Part shown: positions 52,981-62,139 of the stretch, one piece after another
How the letters are laid out: every line of letters begins with the position of its first letter
How positions within the stretch are numbered: the stretch's first letter is position 1
Source of the DNA: Bacteroidales bacterium UBA5226
Lineage (GTDB): Bacteria > Bacteroidota > Bacteroidia > Bacteroidales > UBA932
Assembly: GCA_002409325.1 (NCBI GenBank)
Contig: DHUU01000001.1
Span: 33,101 to 97,100 of the forward strand
Length of the DNA stretch: 64,000 bases
Reading direction: 5' to 3'
The notes under the pieces: model-generated
The model's database searches: none
What the model was told of the DNA's origin: nothing
Seen by the model: only the letters and a program-made list of their open reading frames with translations
Translations under genes and position numbers: made by a program

Positions 52981-53820
52981 TTAATAAGATGTCATCTGGG
53001 CTGCACCGCTGGTGTTCACGTTCCGAAGGGTTACATTCCTGTTGTAACGCAGTTTTGCGGCTCCCGAAACCTCTGGTTCCAAGGAACCCAAAACCTTTAC
53101 TTGTGCTTTACCTACTCCGCTTACTATGGCTTTCATAACTTCCACCTCAAATTCCTGTCCCTCGAAAGCAGAGGTGCCGCTGATATCAATGGAAGAACGA
53201 ATGGCTTTCCCCTGGATTACCGCATTCCCGTTTCCACTGATTTCAATATCGGCAAAGGTAATGGTTTTCCCAACCAATCCGAAAAATCCTTTGGACGCAC
53301 CGCTGATCTCCAGATCTAACTGTTCTGTCACCCCATACATTTGAATATCAGATACTCCCGACAACTCTACCTGCAGATCGTTGCATTCTATCTGTTTGAT
53401 TTCTGCGAAGGTAACTCCAGAGAGCTCAATATTCATGCTGTTGGTAACAAAAGGGTCCCTGACGTACAGTTTAGTAACGCCGCTCATCCCAATGCTTCTT
53501 AGTTCGGGCATTGTCAGGGTGCATTCAATTTCCAGGTTCTTGTACCTGCGTTGGACAGATTTGGGAATACCTCCGTCCACAATGCCTATGTAAAGGACGC
53601 CCTTACGGACTTCAATATCCAGGTAATCAAAGACCTCGTTGTATGTTAGAACCGAAACGGAATGAGAAGGGCTTTTTTCTATCGTGACTTTAACTACGCC
53701 CGATATTTCCACCCCTGAAAAGGGTTCCACCTTGAAATTTCTTTTTTCAACAGACTCTTTCTGTGCCAGTGCCACTGTACAGAAAAGTGTCATAAAGATT
53801 ATTGTAACTATCTTTTTCAT
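52981..53820 (-). CDS. GIN-domain / DUF2807 (Toastrack-like) exported protein
   Basis: Signal peptide. Periodic (~20 aa) SG(V/A/T)-x repeats: ISGVVKV, LSGVTFA, LSGVSDI, ISGASKG, ISGNGNA, ISGTSAF, VSGVGKA, VSGAAKL, TSGAAQM. Confidence 0.65.
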   Translation of the reverse strand: MKKIVTIIFMTLFCTVALAQKESVEKRNFKVEPFSGVEISGVVKVTIEKSPSHSVSVLTYNEVFDYLDIEVRKGVLYIGIVDGGIPKSVQRRYKNLEIECTLTMPELRSIGMSGVTKLYVRDPFVTNSMNIELSGVTFAEIKQIECNDLQVELSGVSDIQMYGVTEQLDLEISGASKGFFGLVGKTITFADIEISGNGNAVIQGKAIRSSIDISGTSAFEGQEFEVEVMKAIVSGVGKAQVKVLGSLEPEVSGAAKLRYNRNVTLRNVNTSGAAQMTSY

Positions 53821-53857
53821 AACATTTTAAACTAATTACTTTTTGTAACACTATATA

Positions 53858-54679
53858 TCAATAAGTGTTGATTGAAGAGGCCCCGCTGGATACGGATCTG
53901 GTAAATTCAGGCTTCCCCTCAATGTGAACACTCGATGCGCCTGATGCAGAAACACCTATCTTTTTTGTAACGTTTAATTGTGCGGAAGAGGCCCCGGAAC
54001 ATCTGATATCCATATCTTCTGTGGCGAAATCCCGGGCTTTGACATGACTTGCTCCCGAAACCGTAAAACTGGCACTGGTGGAACTTCCGTTCATAACAAC
54101 GGTAGAAGCGCCCGATGCCTTAAGTTCAATGTACTCTGTCTGCTGATTGTAACGCAAAATGGAAGCGCCATTTACGTAGGCTTTTGTTTTTGTGGCCAAT
54201 CCGCTGATCTCTAGTTCAGATGCCCCGTTTATGTCAAGATTGGCTGCATGTGTCATTATCGCGATTTCGGCTCTGGAGGCACCTGTCATTTTTGCCATGA
54301 AATTGGAAGGTGAAAATTTGTCGCGCGTAACAAGAGTTGCCGAATTGGATAACTCAAAGCCTTCCAGATCGGGCATGGTGACACGGGCTTTGATTTTCTG
54401 CCTGTTCCCCAGGACGTTCTTAGCCGTACGCCACCACTCTTTTGTTACCCCAAGATGAAGTGTGTTGCCTGTAACATTTACCTGAATGTCCTGGGCAAGA
54501 TCTTCGGGAATTTCCAGTTTCACAGAGTGTGTCCTGCCCTTGAAAACCTCTATCTCATAAATGAAAGAGGCATTTATAGCGTTGAATTGTTCCGGCCGGT
54601 AATCTCTTTTTACTGTGTTTTGTCCCAAAAGGATGGTCCATGACACGAGGGCCACTGTGATTAATGCGATTCTTTTCAT
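53858..54679 (-). CDS. GIN-domain / DUF2807 (Toastrack-like) exported protein, paralogue
   Basis: Signal peptide. Periodic GAS repeats: TGASRAE, NGASELE, NGASILR, SGASTVV, SGASHVK, SGASSAQ, SGASSVH, SGASSIN. Confidence 0.65.
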   Translation of the reverse strand: MKRIALITVALVSWTILLGQNTVKRDYRPEQFNAINASFIYEIEVFKGRTHSVKLEIPEDLAQDIQVNVTGNTLHLGVTKEWWRTAKNVLGNRQKIKARVTMPDLEGFELSNSATLVTRDKFSPSNFMAKMTGASRAEIAIMTHAANLDINGASELEISGLATKTKAYVNGASILRYNQQTEYIELKASGASTVVMNGSSTSASFTVSGASHVKARDFATEDMDIRCSGASSAQLNVTKKIGVSASGASSVHIEGKPEFTRSVSSGASSINTY

Positions 54680-54685
54680 GATTTT

Positions 54686-55189
54686 TTACGTTTGATTTGT
54701 CAATGAAGCAATCCTTATCATTCCTTCATATAACTGTTTATAATATTCTTTATTTAAGCGTTCTGCTTCTTTACCCGATATTCCCTCGGGAAGCATATCG
54801 GAGAATTCATGGGCAGAAGCGGGCATGAGGGATTCCATATTCATAAGTATCTCCTGTCGTTTGTATTCCGGTAGGTTTCTGGAATCAAATTCTATCTGAC
54901 TTGATATTTTCCGGATTTGGTTATAATAACAGGTGTGAGCACCGTCTGCGCACGGATCGGCAAGCAAACCTGCCAGAGGATCCTCTTTGAGAAAGCGTAT
55001 TCCTATTGTGAGCACCACTAAAAGTAACGCTGCTGCAGAAACGTATATCAACTGTTTAACTAAGTGGCGATTTCTTTTCAAACCGCTTTTTGCGAGTCGT
55101 TCTTCAAACCTTGTTTGGTGCCCCTGCGGCGGGGCCTCCGCTTCAAAAAGCTCCCTGTTGTCCTGAATGTAAGACCTTAAATTATCCAT
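54686..55189 (-). CDS. single-pass membrane protein, candidate anti-sigma factor
   Basis: Overlaps the sigma gene stop by 13 nt. One TM segment (LIYVSAAALLLVVLTIGI) follows a ~45-aa cytoplasmic head. No zinc-finger anti-sigma motif. Confidence 0.5.
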   Translation of the reverse strand: MDNLRSYIQDNRELFEAEAPPQGHQTRFEERLAKSGLKRNRHLVKQLIYVSAAALLLVVLTIGIRFLKEDPLAGLLADPCADGAHTCYYNQIRKISSQIEFDSRNLPEYKRQEILMNMESLMPASAHEFSDMLPEGISGKEAERLNKEYYKQLYEGMIRIASLTNQT

Positions 55190-55707
55190 ATCTTGTTTAT
55201 TGCTGACTGTAATTTTTTCCGGCCGCGGCTGTACTGGCTTCGGACCGAAACAGGCTGCAGTCCTGTTATCTCGGCAATTTCCTCAAAATCATACCCTTCA
55301 AATAGGTATAAGCTTAAAATGGTGCGGTAACCCGATGGCAGTGCATCCAGTTGTTCTCTGATGGTCCGCACAAGGGTTTCCCGTTCGCTTTCTTCCACGG
55401 GTAACGGGAACAAATCCGGATCCTGATTGGCAGCAGTACCCTGCAGCTCCTTGCTGTCAATTGTTTCTGCCTCTCTGAAGCATTGAAAATCCAAAGAACG
55501 AAGGCGGTCGATGGCACCCCTGACGGCAACCCTGCGCAACCAGGCATAGCAGGCTTTGTTGTTGATAAAACGCATTTTACCCCCGGTAAACAATTTGACA
55601 AAGGCATCCTGCATGCATTCCTCAGCATCCATGGGCGAGCGTAGAATACGCAAACACACGTGGTAAATTGGCTTGTGGTATTCCCTGTAAAGGGCTGTTT
55701 GGTTCAT
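55177..55707 (-). CDS. ECF-type sigma-70 family RNA polymerase sigma factor
   Basis: 176 aa. Region 2 (DAEECMQDAFVKLF) and a region 4 HTH (FEEIAEITGLQPVSVRSQYSRGRKKL). Confidence 0.85.
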   Translation of the reverse strand: MNQTALYREYHKPIYHVCLRILRSPMDAEECMQDAFVKLFTGGKMRFINNKACYAWLRRVAVRGAIDRLRSLDFQCFREAETIDSKELQGTAANQDPDLFPLPVEESERETLVRTIREQLDALPSGYRTILSLYLFEGYDFEEIAEITGLQPVSVRSQYSRGRKKLQSAINKIWII

Positions 55708-55716
55708 ATTTGTCCG

Positions 55717-56856
55717 CTAAAGGGTGCCTTCACCTATACAAACGGAACTTCCAGGATTTTGTTGCACCTGTTTATTATGAATTATAAAATCTGCGATCAT
55801 AAGATCCACAACCTTCCCGTAACTGGCTACTCCTTCGGGTTGCGCATTGGCTTTGAGGTAAGCATCGTTGACTTTTTGAGACATCACTCCAAAAGAAGAA
55901 CGAAATTGTTCCCAGTACTCATATTCCTCTTGCAAGTCGTACAGAACCCGGGGAGAAAGGCTTTCCAGCAAGGCAGGATACTCTTGCGGCACTGCGCTAT
56001 GGATGGCATTCAGTATATAATTCAGGGAATGCAGAAGGCAGGAATACTTCAGATCCCCGTTGCCGGTATGGCGTGCCACCAGATAAGCCAGAAAATTTGC
56101 TTCATTCTCCCGCATGAAACCACGTACATGAGCCTGCTCATGGGCCATTATTGCCGGCAAGCGGAAGACCGGTACATCTTTGTTCACATTGGCCTCGAGC
56201 GTCCAGGGAAAGAAAAATCCGCTCATATAGGCATAGGACATGCCTCTGGATGCCAGAATGGTCTTGGTTGCCGGATACCTGCCGCCTGTCCTGAGTCCGG
56301 TGGTAACAGCCAGTGAATCATAGGCCAGGGCAATGTCTTTTTTATAACGGTCAAAAGTGTGATCGGGGATCATATCGCCCTGAGGGGTACGACGGGTATA
56401 AGAGGCGGCCAGGTTGACTTCCCGCACCAGTGCACCGGCCATATTGGTCAGATCTGACGTTGTTACTTGTAGTTGCGGATAAGCCAGGCGGTCTTCAAGG
56501 AAGAGGCGGTGGTAATGAAGCCCGCAGGTGAGCATATAGGCCGAGATCACCCAAAGGAGGAAAGAAGCTGTAGCAATCAGGTTTTTTTTCCAGATCACCT
56601 TCACCTGTGAAAGCGGCTTGACAAACATAATTACAATTCCACGAACCAGGTAAAAAAGCAGGAAAAAGACCAGAAGGTAAAGTAAAACCTCGGCAAGAGA
56701 AAATGGAATGAGCGCAACAAGAGTTGAAACACCTTGTGCTATAAGTATATACAAAAAACTGGAATAGACTGTGTCCATGAATGAAGGGAACAGCCTGAAC
56801 AGGATCAGAAGCACCACAGACAAGGCCAGCACGAGCAATGGTATGCGCAGTTTCAT
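55717..56856 (-). CDS. DUF3810-like membrane protein with HExxH metalloprotease motif
   Basis: Three N-terminal TM segments, then IMAHEQAHVRG (HExxH). Confidence 0.65.
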   Translation of the reverse strand: MKLRIPLLVLALSVVLLILFRLFPSFMDTVYSSFLYILIAQGVSTLVALIPFSLAEVLLYLLVFFLLFYLVRGIVIMFVKPLSQVKVIWKKNLIATASFLLWVISAYMLTCGLHYHRLFLEDRLAYPQLQVTTSDLTNMAGALVREVNLAASYTRRTPQGDMIPDHTFDRYKKDIALAYDSLAVTTGLRTGGRYPATKTILASRGMSYAYMSGFFFPWTLEANVNKDVPVFRLPAIMAHEQAHVRGFMRENEANFLAYLVARHTGNGDLKYSCLLHSLNYILNAIHSAVPQEYPALLESLSPRVLYDLQEEYEYWEQFRSSFGVMSQKVNDAYLKANAQPEGVASYGKVVDLMIADFIIHNKQVQQNPGSSVCIGEGTL

Positions 56857-56870
56857 ATAGACAAAGTTAT

Positions 56871-56878
56871 TATATTTG
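56871..56878 (+). promoter_or_regulatory. -7 box TATATTTG for the 1096-aa secreted protein gene
   Basis: Exact TAnnTTTG, 21 nt before the ATG at 56900. Confidence 0.45.
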
Positions 56879-56899
56879 TCCTTTCATTAGACCTATACC

Positions 56900-59800
56900 A
56901 TGAGAAAACGGATCATTCTGACGGCTGCCATTGTATTATCGTTTGTTGTTGGCACCAATGCACAAACCATTGCCTTTCCCCCCTTGTTTGACAGCACTAC
57001 TGCGGCACAGCTAACCGACTCGCTCAGAACAATACTCTCTGACGGGGTAATGCGCATTTCAGGGATAAGGATCCGGAATATTGAACTGGATGACAGGCAC
57101 CAGCTCATCACTTTAGACTTTGGAGCCGGAATGGCTGAATATCCCATCCGCAAGGATAATGCAGAACAGGTTTTCCAAGCCATACGCCATTTCATGCCTT
57201 CAAGGTACAACCATTACAATCTCACGATCAGGACAGACAACAAAGAACTGGAAGAGCTCATACCCGCCTATTACGACCCAACCCGGAAATCCTATGACAA
57301 AAAGGCGTTGGAAAATAACATGAAGGAATACCAAAGTGCCTTTGAGATAGACAGGAAAGCTCCTGCCAGAATTCTTCCAAAAAAAGGAACTCCCCGGGAA
57401 ATAGCTTTACAGAAAAAATTGGAAAACAGGCAGGCATCTATCAACCTGGCAAAGCTGGAAGCCCAGTCGCGGATGAAAAAAAATACAAGAAAACGCGACA
57501 GGCACCAATGGCCCGACCTGGGCCCGACTCCCCTTGTGTGGCGGGAAAACCGTCCGTTTGAGATAACCAATGGATTGCAGAACAGACATATTGCACTTTG
57601 GCACAGTCATGGATTGTATTATGACCAGAAGCTTGCCCGTTGGGAATGGCAACGGCCCAGGCTCTTCCAGACTGTAGAAGACCTCTATACCATGTCTTAT
57701 GTACTCCCCTTCCTGACTCCTATGCTGGAAAACGCCGGGGCCGTGGTATTGCTGCCGCGGGAACGGGACACGCAGGTCCATGAAGTCATAGTGGATAACG
57801 ATAATCCTGAAAGCGGCTACAGCGAACAGGCAGGAACATATATGTGGCGTACAGACGAAGAGGACAATCATGGTTTTGCCCATAAAAAGGAGGTATACAC
57901 CCATTTTGAAAATCCTTTCCGTATGGGGACCTACCGCAGGATCGTGACACACAACCCGGAATTGAACAAGAAAGTTGTGATGCACCCTTCTTCTGCTGAA
58001 TGGGTTCCAAATATTCCCCAATCAGGCCAATACGCCGTTTACGTATCCTATGCAAGCCTTCCGGTCAGTGCACGCGATGCCCGTTACACGGTTCACCACA
58101 AGGGAGGCAGAGAGGTATTCCGGGTGAACCAGCAGATGGGGGGCGGAACCTGGATCTATCTGGGTACTTTTACTTTTGATAAGGGCCGGAACCTCTCAGG
58201 CCGTGTAACCCTGACAAACCAAAGCGGTGAGGTCAACGCAATAATTACTGCAGATGCTGTAAAATTTGGCGGGGGCATGGGCAATATCGGACGCTTTATA
58301 CAGGATACCGCCATTCTGGCTACCTACGGAAATATAGAAATTCCTCCCCAGGTGAGCAACTACCCCCGGTTTACCGAAGGGGCCCGTTACTGGCTGCAAT
58401 GGGCGGGTTTTGCCGATTCAGTGTATACTTATTACGAAGGAGAGCATGACTATATTGATGATTACTCCTCCCGTGGGCGCTGGGTGAACACCCTGGCAGG
58501 CGGATCGGAAAAGCACCCGGATAACCCGGGACTAAATATTCCTGTGGATCTTTCCCTGGCTTTTCATACCGATGCCGGTGTAACCAGGAATGACAGCATT
58601 ATCGGGACCCTGGCCATATATACCCGGGACAGCGATGGAACCGAGTTGTTACCAACGGGTCACAGCCGCCTCACTTCCAGGGATTATACAGACCTGGTAC
58701 AGACTCAGATAGTCAATGACCTGCGTGCCCTTTGGAATCCCGACTGGACAAGACGCGGTATCTGGAATCGTTCTTATTCGGAAAGCCGTTCGGCCCAGGT
58801 GCCGGCAATGCTTCTGGAGCTGCTATCCCACCAGAATTTTGCCGATATGCGTTACGGGCTCGATCCCCTGTTCCGCTTTACTGTCAGCCGCGCCATATAC
58901 AAGGGAATGTTACGTTATCTGAGCAGTACCCTGGGTTTTGAGTATATTGTTCAACCCCTTCCCGTCCAGAGCATTGCCGTTGGTTTTTCAGAAAACGGAC
59001 AGGCCCTGCTGACATGGAAACCCACATACGACGGGCTTGAACCAACTGCCTTACCGCAAGGGTATGTTGTCTACACCCGTACAGGAGATGAAAGCCTGCC
59101 ATTTGACGGGGGGGTGTTTTATCCCGGGAACGTGGCGGAAATCCCCATCCGTGAAGGAACACATTACAGTTTCCGTGTCACGGCCATTAACCGGGGCGGA
59201 GAAAGTTTCCCCTCTGAAACGGTTAGCCTTTACAAGGTCCCTGCAGGTGAAGAAAAAGGAACTGTACTGATTGTCAATGGATTTACACGCGTTTCGGCAC
59301 CAGACAGTTTTGCCTCGGAAGATACCCTGTTTGCCGGTTTTGTAGACCAGTCAGACTACGGTGTCCCTTATCTGAGGGACATCTCCTATATTGGTTCACA
59401 GTATGAATTCCGGCGCAAAAACGGATGGGCAGATGACGATGCGCCCGGTTTCGGAGCAAGTAATGCCGATTGGGAAACCAAAGTCATCCCAGGCAACACC
59501 TTTGACTATCCCTTGATCCACGGCAAGTCATTTGCCCGGGAAGGATACAGTTATGTGTCATCTGACCTGCAAGCGTTTATTGATGTAGATTCAGGGATTG
59601 ATCCCCGGGATTTCTTCGCTGTCGATCTGATCCTGGGTAAACAAAAACAGGTGCGGCGCGGAGGCACAGCCTATGGCATGCCTGAATTCAAAGCCTTCCC
59701 GGAAGCCCTGCAGATCAGGCTGACTCAATATGCCAGCCAGGGAGGAAACATGATCATAAGCGGTGCCTATGTAGCGTCCGACCTCTGGGAACCATCGGGC

Positions 59801-60190
59801 ATAGACACCCTTGCCCGGCATTTTGCCCGGGAAACACTCAATATCCGTTTCCGCAGCAATCATGCATCAAAAACAGGAGAAGTCATGGTTGCTCCCTCCC
59901 CGTATACAGCCTTTTATAAAGGTGAAGACTTGGGAGAGACGGCCTATTCTTTCCGTACCGGCCTGAACCTAACCGTGTATCCCGTCGAATCTCCCGACGC
60001 ACTGGAACCTGCAGGCCCTGAAGCCTATACCATATTCCGTTACAGGGATAACCGGCTGAGTGCAGGGGTTGCCTACCGGGGAAATTACCGTGTTGTTACC
60101 CTGGGATTCCCCCTGGAAACACTTGAGACAGAAGAGCAGCAGGCCCGGCTGGTAAAAGAGTGCCTTGATTTTTTCAAAACTGACAAATAG
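56900..60190 (+). CDS. large secreted protein: golvesin-C-terminal-like domain inserted in an Amidase_3-like (MurNAc-L-Ala amidase-like) scaffold; function unknown
   Basis: Signal peptide. RYTVHHKGGREVFRVNQQMGGGTWIYLGTFTF...ITADAVKFGG resembles the golvesin C-terminal-like domain. WHSHG, AFHTDAG and LLELLSHQNFAD resemble Zn-amidase blocks. All from recall. Confidence 0.75.
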   Translation: MRKRIILTAAIVLSFVVGTNAQTIAFPPLFDSTTAAQLTDSLRTILSDGVMRISGIRIRNIELDDRHQLITLDFGAGMAEYPIRKDNAEQVFQAIRHFMPSRYNHYNLTIRTDNKELEELIPAYYDPTRKSYDKKALENNMKEYQSAFEIDRKAPARILPKKGTPREIALQKKLENRQASINLAKLEAQSRMKKNTRKRDRHQWPDLGPTPLVWRENRPFEITNGLQNRHIALWHSHGLYYDQKLARWEWQRPRLFQTVEDLYTMSYVLPFLTPMLENAGAVVLLPRERDTQVHEVIVDNDNPESGYSEQAGTYMWRTDEEDNHGFAHKKEVYTHFENPFRMGTYRRIVTHNPELNKKVVMHPSSAEWVPNIPQSGQYAVYVSYASLPVSARDARYTVHHKGGREVFRVNQQMGGGTWIYLGTFTFDKGRNLSGRVTLTNQSGEVNAIITADAVKFGGGMGNIGRFIQDTAILATYGNIEIPPQVSNYPRFTEGARYWLQWAGFADSVYTYYEGEHDYIDDYSSRGRWVNTLAGGSEKHPDNPGLNIPVDLSLAFHTDAGVTRNDSIIGTLAIYTRDSDGTELLPTGHSRLTSRDYTDLVQTQIVNDLRALWNPDWTRRGIWNRSYSESRSAQVPAMLLELLSHQNFADMRYGLDPLFRFTVSRAIYKGMLRYLSSTLGFEYIVQPLPVQSIAVGFSENGQALLTWKPTYDGLEPTALPQGYVVYTRTGDESLPFDGGVFYPGNVAEIPIREGTHYSFRVTAINRGGESFPSETVSLYKVPAGEEKGTVLIVNGFTRVSAPDSFASEDTLFAGFVDQSDYGVPYLRDISYIGSQYEFRRKNGWADDDAPGFGASNADWETKVIPGNTFDYPLIHGKSFAREGYSYVSSDLQAFIDVDSGIDPRDFFAVDLILGKQKQVRRGGTAYGMPEFKAFPEALQIRLTQYASQGGNMIISGAYVASDLWEPSGIDTLARHFARETLNIRFRSNHASKTGEVMVAPSPYTAFYKGEDLGETAYSFRTGLNLTVYPVESPDALEPAGPEAYTIFRYRDNRLSAGVAYRGNYRVVTLGFPLETLETEEQQARLVKECLDFFKTDK

Positions 60191-60258
60191 TCATTATTCC
60201 TGTCATTGGAACGGTTTTTGACTCATAGCCCGTCATAATCTTCAACAACAGGACAATT

Positions 60259-62106
60259 ATGAAAAATAAAGGAACGATTGGGGTTACATCCCAGGACATT
60301 TTTCCGGTTATTAAAAAATTTCTCTATTCAGATCACGAGATCTTTCTCAGGGAACTGATTTCCAACGCCGTGGATGCCACTCAGAAATTAAAGGCACTGG
60401 CAGCAAAAGGCGATTTCAAAGGCGAGACAGGAGACCTGACCATCAGGGTAAGTTCCGATACGGGCAAACAGACCATCACTGTGTCGGACCGGGGTATCGG
60501 CATGACAGAAGAGGAAGTGGATAAATACATCAATCAGATTGCCTTTTCCAGTGCAGGTGAATTCCTGGAAAAGTACAAGGATCAGGAAAACAACATCATA
60601 GGACATTTTGGGTTGGGTTTTTATTCCAGCTTTATGGTAGCCAAAAAGGTGGAGATCATTACAAAAAGCTGGCAGGAAGGAGCACAGGCCGTCAGGTGGG
60701 TATGTAAGGGAACGCCCGAATACACCATGGAACCAACCGAAAAAGAGGACCGGGGAACGGATATCATCTTGCACCTGTATGCCGAGCACCAGTCTTATGC
60801 ACAGGAAAGCATGATCAACCAACTGCTGCACAAATACTGCAGTTTTCTGCCGGTAGAGATTGCATTCGGGAAAGAAAAGGAGTGGAAAGACGGCAAAGAA
60901 GTGGTTCTGGACAAGGACCGGATCATTAACGATGTCACCCCACTGTGGACTAAAAAACCGACAGACCTTAAAGATGAGGATTACAGGGCTTTTTACCAAA
61001 AGCTTTATCCAATGGCCGAAGAGCCCCTGTTCTGGATCCACCTGAACGTGGATTACCCCTTCAAACTGACCGGGGTGTTGTATTTTCCCAAGATCAAGGA
61101 CAGGCTGGAAGTAACACGCAACAAGATCCAGCTTTACTGCAATCAGGTTTTCGTTACCGATAATGTGGAAAGCATAGTTCCTGATTTTCTCACCTTGCTT
61201 CACGGGGTGATTGATTCACCCGACATACCGCTCAATGTATCCAGAAGTTATCTGCAGAGCGATTCCAACGTGAAGAAAATATCTGCCCACATCACACGCA
61301 AGGTGGCAGACCGTCTTGAAGAGATCTTCAAAAACGATCGTCCCGCACTGGAAGAAAAATGGGACAACCTCAAACTCTTTATTGAGTACGGGATGCTTAC
61401 CGAAGAGAAATTCTACGAGCGGGCAGTCAAATTTGCCCTATTCAAAAACACAGATGGCAAATACCTGAGTTTTGAGGAATATGAAACCCTTATCCAGGTC
61501 AATCAAAAAGACAAAGACGACAAACTGGTATACCTTTACGCCACAAACATAGAAGAGCAGTATGCCTACATAGGGGCGGCAAAAGACAAGGGATACGATG
61601 TGTTACTGCTGGACTCCCCTTTGTGTGCCCATTATGTCAACCTGCTGGAGTCTAAAATGAAAAACGTCAGGTTTGTACGTATCGACTCCGACACTCCGGA
61701 AAAGCTCATACCAAAAGAAGAAATTACCAAACCCGATATCAGTGAAGACGAGGAAAAGGAACTGCGCGAACTTTTCATGGAAGTTCTGCCCAAAGAGGCT
61801 ACTTTCACAGTGGCTTTTGAGAACATGGGTGCACAACAGCTTCCTGTGGTCATAACAAGGGGTGAATGGATGCGCCGTTACCGGGAAATGTCGGCATTGG
61901 GAGGCGGAATGAACTTTATGGGAACCATGCCCGAGTCCTTCAACCTGGTGGTGAATTTTGAACACCCCCTGGTTCAGAAAATCCGGGAAACCAAAGACAG
62001 GAACCTGGTCAGCCAGATTTGCGACCTGGCGCTGCTGGCCAACAACCTGCTCAAGGGAGAGGCCCTCAGTACCTTTATAAAAAGAAGTGTTGACATCATC
62101 AAATGA
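60259..62106 (+). CDS. htpG: molecular chaperone HtpG (Hsp90)
   Basis: N-terminal GHKL ATPase blocks FLRELISNAVDA, DRGIGMT and GHFGLGFYS. Confidence 0.95.
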   Translation: MKNKGTIGVTSQDIFPVIKKFLYSDHEIFLRELISNAVDATQKLKALAAKGDFKGETGDLTIRVSSDTGKQTITVSDRGIGMTEEEVDKYINQIAFSSAGEFLEKYKDQENNIIGHFGLGFYSSFMVAKKVEIITKSWQEGAQAVRWVCKGTPEYTMEPTEKEDRGTDIILHLYAEHQSYAQESMINQLLHKYCSFLPVEIAFGKEKEWKDGKEVVLDKDRIINDVTPLWTKKPTDLKDEDYRAFYQKLYPMAEEPLFWIHLNVDYPFKLTGVLYFPKIKDRLEVTRNKIQLYCNQVFVTDNVESIVPDFLTLLHGVIDSPDIPLNVSRSYLQSDSNVKKISAHITRKVADRLEEIFKNDRPALEEKWDNLKLFIEYGMLTEEKFYERAVKFALFKNTDGKYLSFEEYETLIQVNQKDKDDKLVYLYATNIEEQYAYIGAAKDKGYDVLLLDSPLCAHYVNLLESKMKNVRFVRIDSDTPEKLIPKEEITKPDISEDEEKELRELFMEVLPKEATFTVAFENMGAQQLPVVITRGEWMRRYREMSALGGGMNFMGTMPESFNLVVNFEHPLVQKIRETKDRNLVSQICDLALLANNLLKGEALSTFIKRSVDIIK

Positions 62107-62118
62107 TGGTGTCAACAC
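62087..62118. terminator. 14-bp-stem hairpin between convergent htpG and AOR genes (candidate bidirectional terminator)
   Basis: GTGTTGACATCATC-aaat-GATGGTGTCAACAC with one G-U pair. The htpG stop codon (62104-62106) spans the loop/stem junction. It is followed by CTTATT. Confidence 0.5.
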
Positions 62119-62139
62119 CTTATTCCATAAGTTACAGCA

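Noticed and set aside
53836-53848. TTACT-TTT-TGTAA near-copy of the operator motif between the two GIN genes
   Set aside because: It has one arm mismatch and a 3-nt rather than 2-nt spacer. As a single occurrence, it is probably chance in an AT-rich spacer.
60388-61203. 271-aa minus-strand ORF
   Set aside because: It is antisense to htpG, whose identity is unambiguous.
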